Assembly (NCBI GenBank): GCA_039621445.1
Contig: CP154954.1
Location: forward strand, 30,694,395 to 30,758,394
DNA from: Euglena gracilis
Lineage: Eukaryota
Length of the DNA: 64,000 bases
Direction: 5' to 3'
Positions 32,530-45,849 of this stretch are shown piece after piece. The stretch's first letter is position 1. Every line of letters begins with the position of its first letter. The position numbers and the translations under genes are program-made. The notes under the pieces are model-generated. The model had not been told where the DNA came from. It did not search any database and saw only the letters and a program-made list of their open reading frames with translations.

Positions 32530-35500
32530 CCGAGGAGGCTCCAAGGTAACCAGCCTTCGAGGCTCAAGGTAACCAGCCTCCGCGGAGCCTCTGCAGAGCC
32601 TCCGCGGAGGCTAAGGTAACCAGCTTTGCCAGAACATGTTGTGAACTTGGAAATGAACGGAAATTTGTTCTTTTGAGTTATAAAGAGAACCATTATTCAA
32701 TGTCAAACACGGCGACTTCACTCAGTGTCAGATCATCCGCTTCCGAACCAGCGAGAACCTGTCCGTTTTCTGCCCATTTGCACAGAGGATACAAAAAAAA
32801 TCACGGACTTTGGGAGGCAACATACAGTTTAAAACGAAACTGAAAATTAATTTATTCAGCCAGAATTGCACCAAAATTATCCAGAGCCCGCTGAGATTTG
32901 TCTCAACTTTTGATCCCGGATTGTACTGCATCTTCTACCAGGTGAACCAACAGTCACATGAGGGGGAGGTGGTAGGCAAACTGCACAGATGTCATGTTGT
33001 CAGCATGGATGTCATGTTGCAAAAAAAAAAGGTGACGTGAAATACAAAGTGGCGCCCATTTGGCTGTGCCTGTGGGGGGGGGGGCGGGGGGAGGGGAAGG
33101 GGGGGGGAGGGGAACGGGGCGGGGGGGAGGGGGCCTGCGGCTCCCTCCCCCCGCCCCCCTCCCCCCCCGGACCCCCCTCCCCCCACCCCCCCTCCCCTTT
33201 CCCCCCTACCCCTACCCCCTCCCCCGCTCCCCAATAACAATGTCCTTTTGTGACAAAATTTGGTGGACATGGCGTAAATAGCAATCAGGTAAACGATAAA
33301 GGCAAAATCAGGTGGACATGTCATTTTTGTGGCAAATTGATAAATGATTTCGAACAAGTTTGGCAGACATGGTGTAAATGGCAAACGGGTGAACGGTCTG
33401 TGCCACATCAGGCAGACATGTTGTTTTTGTGGCAAATGGGGGGGTATGGGGTCGTGTGAGAGGGAAAAAAGTTTTGTTTTTTTGTGGGGAATGTGGGCGG
33501 TGTTGGAGTCTAAACAAAATTTAAAATTTTTCAGGGATATGTGGAAAAACGGGAAAAAAATGTTTGTGGAGTTGGGGGTGAAAAAAATAGAATATAATTC
33601 CTCTTCCTCTGGGCATTAATGTGGGGGCAGTGGGGAGAGGTTGGCGTCAACCCGTAAAATATTTTTCTTTTTTCAGACGTGGCCCACGTACAAAATTGGT
33701 TGCCTCCGCGGAGGCTCCAAGGGAACCAGCCTCCGCGGAGGCTCCAAGGTAACCAGCCTCCGCAGAGGCCAAGGTTTCCAAAAGGTAGGATTCCACATTT
33801 GCTTGGAAATGGGGTGGATTTCCTGATTTCTTCAGACCAGGTTTTTTCAAAGGAGAATCATTTGCTGTTCACCTTTTGATTTATTTTTATGCACTGCAGT
33901 GCAAAAATTTTGGTTGGCTTTAAATTTGTCTTCCTAGCAAACCACATGGCAGGTGTTTTGGTGCTAAGCAATGCCACATTTTCTTCGTCTTGGTTGTTGC
34001 ATGTCTTGTGAGTGTTTGTCTTGTGAGTCTTTGTTTGCGCTTTTCTTTTTCCCCATGGATGCCTCAATGAAACCATGTCTTTCGTATTTCGCCGATTTTT
34101 GTCAATTTGCTTTTGTTGACGGATCACGTGCCAATTCGGTGACAATTTTGTTTACAGATGTTTTTTTCTTTGTCCCCTTTGCCCAGTATCGGACCAAGGC
34201 AGAAACAGCACCCTCACCAATGTTGATTTGTGGACCGTCAAGAAATTTGGATAGAGGTAGAGTTCGAGGTCAAAACCTCTACCTCTATCTGACCCACCTC
34301 AACCTCTATGTCACCCCTATGTCTATAAAATGTCATAAAATCTCACAAAAAAGAGCCATAAAAACCCCCAAAATGCCTCAAATGTGGCAAATTTGCATCA
34401 AAACACATCCAACTGGGTTCGGAATGAGAATGAGAAATATTATCCAGGTGGGTGGTTTTGAAAGTTGTCATCAGAGATATAGAGATATGTGACAAAAATG
34501 GCCAATTTCTGAAATTTATCACTGATGTCAAAATTCCAAAATTCCCTGAAAAGTGTGCAAAATGAGCAAACATAGAACCGAAAGCACATTCCGGACATGT
34601 GGAATCCAGGTCAAGTGCGTCGCATAGTGCGTCGCTTTGTGAACTTTTTGAAATAATAACTATTTTTAAATGGCTCCCAACCAATCCAAAATCACCACAA
34701 ACGACCAGTCAAAATGAGCGAAAATAATCACGAAGATAAAGAGTGGCGTAAAACGATCCAAAATAGTCGAAATGACCCAAAAGAAATTATAGCCAACAAC
34801 GGCTACAAAAAAAGACAAAATGGTATAAAATGACCTGAAATATTATGCACTTGCTCATTTGACCAAACAAATCCCAAAAGCCACAAATTAGCTCAATTTT
34901 GACCCAAGTTTGTCAAAGTGCCCCCAAATTCACAAAAAAACAAATCCAAATTGCCAAAATGCCGACCAACCAAACCGGATCCTATAAGCCCCTCCCCCTG
35001 GGGAGAGAGAAATGGAAACCGCCAGGGACGATTTTTCCGGCCCCAAACCAACCAAAAACTGATTTTTTGGCAAACTTTTAAGACCGACCATCATCAAAAA
35101 TGCCATTTTTGACCAAATTTGTCGAAAATTGCCAATTTGGGGGTGTTTCGGGGTCATTTTGGGGGTCGGATTTTCACCCAACAATTCCGGATCCTATAAA
35201 ACCCCCACTTGTAAACCCCCCCCCCCTTCGGCCGACCAACCAAACCGGATCCATTAAACCCCGGGGGGGTTATAAGTGGGGGGGGTTTAATGGTGTGGGG
35301 TCAGACCCCCCTACAACCTCAAACCAAAGGTCTTCCCAGAGATCTCTGTGGGTGGCTGTGACAGGGGTTTGTTTGGCTCTGACAGAAACATAGCCGGCAG
35401 GGGGGAGGTATTTGGGGGGATTTCCACTAATTGTTAACATAAAGCCTTGCGAGATGCACTCCAGTTCAATATAGAACAATTCCACCAGCAGGGGGTTCGA

Positions 35501-36060
35501 GCCCGCTGTCGCACCTGGAGTTACACTTGCTAACTGCAATTCAGCCCTCCTCTCAGGGAGTTTCTGGGGGTCCAGGCATCTTTTTTAGCTGTTTTTCTGG
35601 CTGGTTCAGGTCAGGCTGCAGCTCCCCCCAGGTCAAGTGGAACGTTTTTGCAGCCCAGCAAAACCGGGCTGGATTGAAAATTTCAGCAAAGCGTCGAAAA
35701 TTGAAAATGAAAAAAAAGGGTTTAAAAAGCCACATGTGGCCTTTGTCTGAGCAACTTTTTAGCTGAAAAAAAAACTGGATTTGGGGCCTTCTTGCCTGTT
35801 TTCGGGTGCCAGCCAGGTCCAGCCCGGCAGTAGGACCCACCTTGTTTTTAAAGTCCCAGGGGGAGGGGGTCCCACCCACCCGGCCCAGCGAGGGACCCTC
35901 CCCTGTATCTGAGGGCAGGGAAAGAACGGAACATGGACCCTCAAAAAAAAGAGCACAAAAAAAGCGAAAAAACAAACAATAAAAGACAAATAAACACAGA
36001 AAAAAAAACACAAAAAGTGCAAAAAAGCAAATTTGCATGTTAAATCCTTTAAGAGCTCCC

Positions 36061-36348
36061 CAGGGGTTTTTTAAGACGGGGGGGAGGGGGTCGGCACCCA
36101 CCCACCCACCACCCACCCACCCCCTGGGGTGGGGCCCCCCCGGGGGAGGGGGTGGGGCCCACCCACTTTTGCCCAAAAATGGCCAAAAAGCACTAAAAAG
36201 GCACCTTTTTCAAAATTTTCGGCACCTTTGGCGCCAAAAAAGATGTCCCCACCAGCCCAACCCCCCCCCCAGAGGGGAGGGGGTCCAAGGGACCCACCCA
36301 CCCTACCCCCCCCGGGGGAGGGGGTCCAAGACTTAAAAAAAATCCCTG
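36061..36348. mobile_element. hAT-type MITE
   Basis: TIR CAGGGGTTTTTTAAG / CTTAAAAAAAATCCCTG; perfect 8-bp TSD GAGCTCCC. Confidence 0.88.
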
Positions 36349-39112
36349 GAGCTCCCCCAGGTGTACACTTTTCCACAGGGGAGGACTTAAAAAAATATTT
36401 GGCTCTGCCAGGGAGTATTACTTTCATTTTGCATAAAAACAAGCATTTTTTGTTGACCAAGAAATGCAAAAATGACAAAAAATTGACAAAAATTTTAGTC
36501 TAGGGGGAAAATCAGGGCCAAAATCAAAAACTTTCCAGCAAGAATCCAAAATCGCCGGAAAAAAACACAAAAAAAAATGCAAAAAAGCACAATTTTTTCC
36601 AAAACCAAAAAAAACACAAAAAAACACACAAAAAAAAGGTTTGCGTTCCTCCCCCCCCCCCGAAAAGGTTGGACCCCCCCACACCCATTCGGCCCAGAGC
36701 GTGACCCCCCAAGACCTCCCAACCAACTGCCTAAGGCCATTTCCCAAAAATTTTCTTGTACTTCATGCCAAAACTCATACCCGGACCTCCAGTCCTGGTG
36801 GGGTCCCCAGGGCTGTACGGGAAGGCCTGGAGGGGGGGGGGGGCGACCCCCCCATCCACCACAGCACCTGCACAAAGAAAAATTCTTGGTGCCAAACCTG
36901 AAAATGGCCCGGAAAAAATTGGCAGGATTTTTTATGTGAAAACATCCAGTTATGGCAAGATTTCTTCCATGGCAACCAAAAAATGGGGGGAAAATGGGAA
37001 AAAATTGGCAGGATCAATTTTTTCGACCTCCAATTTTTTCCCCCGCGGTACATGATTTTTTGATGGAAAACCACATTTTTTCACAAAACAATCTCAAAGA
37101 TTTCAGGGTTAAAAATTGGTAGTTTTTAGGAGGGGATGAAAAAAACGAAGGTCAAAAAAAAGTGGACCAAAGTTTGGCACAGTCGAAATTTTACTGACAT
37201 TTTTTCTTTTGGAGAATTTTTTTGGGTTTTCAATGGCTTTTTTTTTGCTTCAAAAAACTCTCAAAACTAAATTTTTGAGAAAATGTTGAATTTTTGGAAA
37301 GTGTGAAAAAATGGGGTTTTGAGGGGTTTTTGGGGGGACCTCCCATATGGGTCCCAAAATGGGTCAAAAAAACACCCGGCGCCTTCAGAAAATTTTTTCG
37401 GTCCAATTTTTCGGGTTTCTGTGTATTGGGGGGGGGGGGGGGTCCTTAAGGGGGGGCCCTTAACTCAAAAAAAAACCCCGCCCCTTTTTGACCACCCGGG
37501 GAGGGGGGAGTGGTCCGACCCCTCCCACCCAGGATGGGGGTGAGGGGGGTCAATTGCCCCCCACCCCCCACCCACAGGGTTGCGGGGATTCCCGTACAGC
37601 CCTGCAGGTCCCGGGCCAGGAGGGGGGGGGGGGTGGGAGTCGTCAGAGTTAAAAAGAAGCCAGGTCCAGCCAGCATCTCTTCTCCAGCCAGCACATTTTT
37701 CCAGCCGGCCAGCTGTGCAAACATTTTTGGGGCGCCCCAGGGTGCAGTGCAGAAATTTTTGAGACCCTTGGGCAATTTTTTTTTCACGGCGCTGGGGAAA
37801 AAATTGACAAGTTGGGGCAAATATTTTTGCCAGCCATGGGCAAACATTTCGGACGCTTGGTGCAACGCCGCCTAAGAGAATCCCAGGGGGGGGGGTCTTG
37901 TTCCGAAAAAAATTGCACTCCATCATTTTATTTTGGCTCAATGAAAAAAAAATCTTCTCAATGGAAAAAGATCCACGCCAATTGAAGTTTCAAAGGGCAA
38001 CTGTGCAAAACAGCCAATCCAAATGCAAAAATTTTCGGAACGGAGGCAATATTTTTGGGATATGGTGCAAAGTTTTTTAGGTCAATTGGTGGCATGTGCA
38101 AACACTTTTGAGATAAAATGCAAAAAAAAATATCAGAAGTGCAAAAATTACTGTGTGAAGTGCAAAAAAATGCATTGGGTGTAACTTACATCACGGGTTT
38201 TTGGTGCTTTTTTCCGTGGTGAATAATTTAAAAAAAAATGGCTGTGTTGAAACCTGAGCCCTCTGATTAAGAGAGTGCAACCTGAAAAATAAGGCTCGAC
38301 CCCCCTGTTCTTCTGTTTTATCCATCTGGGTCATTCAACTCCGGGCAGTCCACCAGTCTCGGCTAAAAGAGGTTTTGGATGTTAAAAAATTGTTTTTTGC
38401 GAGTCCAAACAGGGCTGGATAGATGCTAGAGGTGGAGGTAGAGGTGGAGGTTGAGGTTTTCCAACTTCCTCTATCGCTCTATGTCACCTCTATGTCAAAA
38501 ACTTTAAGCACAGAAAAAAGGATTTTTTCCCACAATATCACAAAGTCAAAAAGAAAGAAATTTAAAAAGATGAACATTTTTGTTTTCTATCATCATCGTT
38601 TTTTTGTTCCAAACATATTTTAAAGAATATTTTGAATTCTTCAACATTTTCCTATTTCTTAACATATTTTTGTTTTTCAACTTATTTCGAAAAGCCACAA
38701 TCAACAAAAGAAGTGGGAAACAATCTGTTCATATGTGGCCTGTGTGACCTCACATGCAATACCACACGTGACCAGTTTTTTAGATCCTATTACTCTCAAA
38801 TAGTTCAGGATTTTTTTGTGAATTTGATTCCTAATTTTGGTGCTGACTCCTAATACACCCCCCACTATTCCCATACCCTGACCACGGACAGGCCATTTTG
38901 GCCTATTTGCAGAAAATGGTGAATTTGAAACATTTGCTCAAAAAGATATTTTCCAAAATGTCCGAAAAAACGTCGATTTTGACTTCTTTCACATTCTTCA
39001 CAAAAAAAAAGTGTTCTGTCTGGGCGTTGGGCATTAGGGATGGCACTTTTTGAGAATCTCCTCCTTTTCCCTTTTGAGAAAGATGAAAGTTTGAAGTCTT
39101 TTCTGAATAAAT

Positions 39113-39585
39113 CAGGGAATTTCTTAAGGAACCCCCGGGGGTCCAGCCTCCGGCTGGCAAAAAGGCTGCTGGCTGGAAATGAGCTGCTGGCTGGACCCCA
39201 CCCCACCGGGGGGGATAGGGGGGTCCGGGGCTGGAGCGGGCTGGGCTGGGCTGGGTCGATGAAAAACAAAACTTCCCAAAACATTTTTGCCATTTTCGAC
39301 ATTTTGATGGATGGAGCTAGATCAAGGCTGGGGGGCTGTGATGGAGGAAGCTGTGATGAGGGGGAAAAAATGCAGGGATAGGTGAGCTGGGCAGCCCAGT
39401 TGGCTGGCCAGCCTGCCGCCAGCTGGCCGGCCTCCAGCCAGGCTGGACCCAACTTTATTTCACTCGACCCCCCCCCCCCGCTCCCAGCCCGAATTTGGGC
39501 TGCTGGCTGGATTTGAGCTGCTGGCTGGCTGGACCCCCCCGGGGGGGGGGGGGGTAGGGTACCCTCCGGCTTAAGAAATACCCTG
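39113..39585. mobile_element. Second copy of the 32030-32529 MITE
   Basis: Near-identical internal sequence and TIRs; degraded TSD GAATAAAT / GACTGAAT. Confidence 0.85.
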
Positions 39586-42500
39586 GACTGAATACAGCCA
39601 AAAATAAATTCCATCACTTCCATCAATTTTCAACTTCCATGAATTCTCTTGTGGAAAGCATTTGGGGACACAACCCTCAATGGTTGAAGACAGGAGACAC
39701 AACCCTCAAGGGCTTCTTGCCTTTTTATATTTGTTTGAAAACATCATATTTTTTTGAAAAAAGGTGTTTTTCAAGTATATTTTAAACGTGCTGCCACCTA
39801 TGGTCCTACGTTGCATTCTTCTTTGCTGAGGTAAAACTGGCCAAAGAAAATTTTGTAGCAGGGAAAAACCAAGGGCCTTAAATGGCAAAAATGACCACAC
39901 AAATTAACTGAACTCCAAGCGGAGTTGGAGCTCCTAAAACATATTTTCAATTTTTTGCCAAATTTCACGATTCAAGAAGGGGGGTCAAAGACCGCAAAAA
40001 AATAAAAGGCAAAAAACCTGGGAGTAGGAAAGTGGCATTCACCCCCCTCAGGTTCCAAAAAAAATGGCCAAAATGAGGCATTATTCCAGTGTTCGACGAA
40101 GGTGAACATTGAGACCCGTTTTCCAACACTGTGCTCTGAGGAGTAAGAATGCAACATTCTAATGGAGCCGAAAATTTCTCATGCAAAAATTCATGCTCAC
40201 CCTCATAGCCGGGTCAAACTCCACCCTCATACATTTGTGAAATGAAACATATTTTTGACAGGCCAAAAACGTTCCAAAACGCAAAACTATGCACCGTGGT
40301 ACATAGTTTTGCGGTGCATGCTGTATTTAAAAAAAATTGTCCACAATTCTCAAAATGATTTCCGACTGCCACAGCAAGTCCTCGCATTCATGTTGTGGTG
40401 AGAGCATCCACGTGTCATGGGTCCATTACAAAAAATACATTTAAAAAAATTTTCGGGGGTTCTGCACCTGGTTCCAAAAACTTTTGCAGAAACAGAATGC
40501 ACGGTGGGAGGGAAAATTGCGGAAAAATTGCGGAAAACCTATGCAAAAATTGAACAAATTACGGAAATTGCAGAAAAATTACGGAAATTGCGGCTTTTGG
40601 GAATGCACACTTTTGCTGGAGGGGACTTAGCAAAATTTCACAATTTATTTTGCAACATTGGTGTGCATCTTGAGCTGTTACTCACACCTTTTCCAACAAA
40701 AAGGTCCAAAAACATGCTTTTTGTAATTTTGGGAACATGCTGATTTAAGAGAAATGGAATTTGTTTGCTGAAAAAAACCAAAAATGACCAAAAGAATGAT
40801 AAGTTGACGAAAAGTTTGGTTTCAGGTAAAATCTGGTCAAATTCCAGCGGAAATCAGGGAAACACCTAAAAACCCCCAAGAAATGGCCAAATATTAAAAT
40901 TTGGCAATTTTGCAATTTTGAATTAAATGTTAAAATTTGTAAAATTCAGCAAATTTTGGCAAATTTGCAACAAAAATGACAAAAAAAAACTTGGGTTCCT
41001 TTGTGAAATCTTCAAAAAAAAAACATGGCCAAAACACATTCGGCCATTCATACTACAAGGTTCAAGGCAGAAAAAAATGCTAAATTGCAAAGAAAGTGTG
41101 GAATTGCGAAAATGGCAGAAATTGCGGACAAAATTATTTGTCATTTTAAATTTATATTACTGTTAAAATTATTAGTTAACCTTTATGATAACTCAGGTTC
41201 AAGCAGAAAAAAATGCGAAAATTGCAGAAAATTGTGGACATTGCGGAAAATTGCAGAAATTGCGGAAAAAAATGCAGATATCAATTTCTCCCTGAATGCA
41301 CCGCCAAAAAAACAATGATGGAAATTGACGACGCCGCCTAAGATCCTTAAAATTTTCCTCCCGCCTATGGGACACATCTTCTTTCACTGTTGTGTTACCT
41401 GATTAAAGAATTTTGACCCAATTTACAGCATCTGGACATTCGAATCATTGAATGAATGGCACAGCATGGGTTGCCCTGAAGGCATGCGTTTGAAAGAAAA
41501 GAAAAAAAAACTGAAAAAGGCTTCTGGGTCTTTCAATTTCTTGGGGGGAGAATAAATCCCACGGCTTTGAACAAAATCATGGCGAACTTACAAATGAAGC
41601 ATCCCCTCCCAAAATGTGTCCAAGGTGGGCAGCACAATGCAAATTTCCAACCTCAAAATGAATTTTCTAATTTGAGCTTGTTTGCAGCGTCTTGTGTATG
41701 CCTCATCAAAAAACAAAAGAACACAAAAAAAAAAACAAAACAATAAAAACACAACAAACACGAAAAAAAAGAAAAACAAACAAAACATAAAAATAAAAAA
41801 AAAAAAAAAAAAGGTGTTGGTGTGGGTAGACCCACAACCGCCAACACACCCACACCCCACAACAAACCAACACAGAACCCACACCCAAGCACCCCCCCAC
41901 CCCCCACCATTCCAAAGACAGGTGAGTCCCCGTGGAAGCTCCATTGATGGGCTGAACGCTAATGGGCAATCGAGCACATCAGGAGTCCTCCGCCTTGGTT
42001 TGCCTTGCAGTCACAGAACTGTGTTGATTGTGATGGGTGATATCCACCCATGCTTGGTCAGATTTTTCCTTGTTAAAATATCTCGAATTCCAGATTCTCA
42101 AATTTGTTGTCCTGGCAATTTGTGAAGGTCCTGTTTAGAACTTGAAACATTTTGAACTTTGCATCCGGCTGAAAAATGTGTTTTGGGAAAAAATAATCAA
42201 TTCATTCTTGAAAAAAATCATTTTGGGGGATGCTTACAAGGCATTTGAAACTTAAATAGTTTTGGGGCTCCAGCTTGGAATTTCAAAAATCTGATACACA
42301 CACAAAGTCATATTGGCTTCAATTAGGCAAGGAATTAGAGGACCTCGTAAGGACTTTTGCTCCAGTGTGTACCATGACCCCCCCCATAAATGACCGACCC
42401 CCTTTTGTCATGGCCAGGACCCCAGGACCCCAAAATCTTGACACCACCCCCCACCATTTTTGGGGGAAGTTTTGTGTGAGATTCGTGATCTACACCATTT

Positions 42501-44572
42501 TTTCCATCAGGTCAAAAAATTTTCGGAAAATTCTCAAAAAAAATTAGGTGTTTTATGACCATTTTAACTTACGAAAAATTTTATCAATGTTCCTGCTGGA
42601 CCTTCCAGCCAGACCCCGGAGCACTCAGGGGGGGGGTCGTTTAGGGGGGGGGGGGGTGATGGTAATCACCGACCCCCTCGACTAGGATTTCCAACAGCCA
42701 AATTTGGACTAGTCGCACCCCCTGGGGGGAATACCGCGAACCCTTAAGCAGAAGCTGATTCAAAGGGGAGGGGAGCGAATGCTGAAAACAAAACTATTTC
42801 TTTTTAACATTCCTTTGACTCAATCAACACCTTTCTGGAATTCAAGAATGAGCATTTTTCAGCAGCTGCCAAAGCAGCAGAGAAATCAGGCCGTGGCAAG
42901 TCCAGTAATAATGCGGAGGGAAATAGTTTGGGGGGGTAGGAAAACCACCTCAACACATTTGAAGGGGCAAAAAGAGACGTTGTTGCCAAAAAAAGACATC
43001 CTGAACGGATGAAAACACTTCCTCAAGCCGAAACGGGGGGAGGTGGCAAAATGGCATGGTCAGGTACTCAGTGGGGAGAGGTGCCGACCCCCCTTTAACC
43101 TTTTGAATTTTTGTTCCATTGGGGTATCACTTGATTGGGTCTCATGCCAAACCCCAAAAGAATGTCATTGAGTGGAAGCTCATTTTCCCGGAGTTGGGTT
43201 GGAGGATGCTATTTTTTTTTGAATCCTTCTGTGCAAAAATCCTTTCCTTTCTTCAACAAAATACAAAAATCCCTCTGCAAAAAATCTCCACGTGACGGCC
43301 AGCAAAAATGTATTCGGGGAGAGAGAGCTTGGACAAGGCTATCTCTTTTTGAGAAAGTCATAGTCAACGTCAACAAAAGGGCATAAAGGCATTATCATCA
43401 AATATTCTGTATGGACATGCCACGAATATGAGAGCAAGGGGGTAAAGAAAAAAGACGCGAATGACATCCAGGAAGGAAAAAAAGAATGAAGGCTAAAGCA
43501 TACATGGTATCCTAGAAGACAAAGAGTACGTTGGTGTTTTCCTCCGTTCATCGTAACCCCCAAGGACACCTGTGAACGGAATCTGAAACTAAAACCATAT
43601 GCGGTTATCTCTGTCATAAATATATGTTCGGTGCCGAGCATGCCGTGAACCTAATAGATGTGCCCGAACCCTCCCACTGCAGATCCGTGGATGAATTTGA
43701 GGCTTTTGTGCCCCTTGGGCGTCTCCATGGGAACCCTTGAACCCGAAAGTGTTCATTGGAGGCTAGGTAGTCCACTTTGGGACCCCGGAACCCCACCCCC
43801 TCCACCCCCCCTTGTTCAGTTCACTTTGGAAGTGAACAGGGGGGGGGTCCCGTGACCCCCCCCTCTGTGTTCCTGGCCATACTTGTTCGCTTCGGGAAAA
43901 AAACGAAAACCGGAACGACGGGCGCACACCGATTAAGGCAATTTTTCAAATAAAAAAATCGGCACCTTCGACACTAGACCCCCCCCCTCCGGGAAGTCAA
44001 CATGTCCAATTCAGTTCTGAAGTGAACGGGGGGGGGGGGTCCCAGCCCCCCTGCCCCCGTGTACCTGGGCTCCATTGGTGACCACCGTGGAAACTGTTCA
44101 AATAAGAAACTGCATTCACTTCATTCTTTCATTCATCACTGATTTTCATTTTCATTCACTTTCATTCATTAACTCAATTTACCAACCCCATCCTTGGCCC
44201 ATTGTAACATCGACAACGCAGTTGGGGTTTCGGGATGGACTCTTTGATAATTTCAAGCACATTTGCAAAAAAGTGATTTTTGAAAACGGCCCAAAACGTC
44301 ATTTTTTGAAACTTTTTGGGGGTTTCTTCATAAAAAGTGCTATGACAGGGGGTGTTCCCCCCGCGTCCTGCCCCCGCGTCCCCCCCTGCGTCCCGGATTT
44401 TGGCACATTTGGAACATCTTTTTTGTCAACCAAAGGAAAAATACACAAAATTTGAGTGACGTCAAAGAAAACATGTGGGGGGACAGTCCCCCCCCCCCAC
44501 GTCCCCCTGCGTCCCGAACCACCCCCTGGGCTATTCCCGTCCCCCCCCCCCCCCAAGGGAATAGCTCAGGGG

Positions 44573-45849
44573 CAAGCACCTATGACAGATTCCAAATTTT
44601 AGCCCGCGGTCGGCTGCGGTCGGCCGCGGTCGGCCGCGGTCGGCTGCGGTCGGCTGCGGTCGGCTGCGGTCGGCTGCGGTCGGCAAAATAGTTGGCTGGA
44701 GGTGGGGGGCAGGCCAACAAAAAATGAGCATATATCACAATCACACAATCCACTGTTGCCGACTTTTGGCCACTTTTCGCTGCTTTTGGCCAGTTTTTGA
44801 TGCTTTTGGCCACTGTTGCTGACTTTGGCCACTTTTCGCTGCTTTTGGCCAGTTTTGATGCTTTTGGCCACTGTTGCTGACTTTTGGTCGATTTTTGCTG
44901 CCTTTGCCCATTATTTCCTGCCTTTTGCTTCCTTTTGGTCACTTTTGTTGCTTTTGCCCACTTTTTGCTGGGCTTTGGCTGCTTTTGGCCAGCTTTTGCT
45001 TTGCCTTGCCCTCTTTTGACCACTTTTGGCCTCTTTAACCCACTTTTGACCACTTTTCTCTGCTGTTGGCCATTTTTACCCACTTCTGGCCACTTTCAGG
45101 CCACTTTAAACATCTTTTTGTTGCTTTTGACATCAAGAGCTGTCAAACGTGACCTAAAAATGGCGTAAAAGTGCCAAAAAATTGGTTAAAATGGCCAAGC
45201 CAAAAGTTCCAAAAGCAGGCAAAAATAACAAAAAAAAATGCCCAAAGTGGTCCAAAAAAATGCCAAAAATGGCCCAAAATGACCCTGCTTTTGGCCAATT
45301 TGGGTCACTTTAGCAGCTTTTGTTCACTTTTGGCAACAAACTGGCGCAAAATGCTCAAAATGGTCAAATTGGACCAAAAAGAGACCAAAAAATGGGCAAA
45401 AATAACAAAAGAAAAGGTCGAAAATGGATTTGAATGGTCAAAAATGGCCCAAAATGGCCCAAAATGGCCCAAGAGCAGGACAAAATGGCCCAAAATTACA
45501 AGAAGTAGGCAAAAAGTGGCCAAAAATTGTCAAAATAGGTCAAAATGTGTGAATTATGGTGCCAAATGGGCCAAAAGGGGACAAAAGCGATAAAAAATGG
45601 CCAAAAGTGGCCAAAAGTGGCCAAAAGTGACAACATGAGCCAGATGAGCCAGAAAAATCTCAACATCTGGGATAAAAATGAACCTAATTCCTCATTCTCA
45701 CTGAAAAATTGACATCGATTAGAAAAAAGTTGCGCGGTCGGCTGCGGTCGGCTGCGGTCGGCACCCCACCTATGACAGTCCTGAAACCCGTGGTCGGCCG
45801 CGGTCGGCTGCGGTCGGCTGCGGTCGGCTGCGGTCGGCATAGGTGCCTG
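44573..45849. mobile_element. hAT-type non-autonomous element with (CGGTCGGCTG)n subterminal arrays
   Basis: TIR CAAGCACCTATG / CATAGGTGCCTG; perfect 8-bp TSD CTCAGGGG; internal TTTTGGCC-rich half followed by a GGCCAAAA-rich half. Confidence 0.85.
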
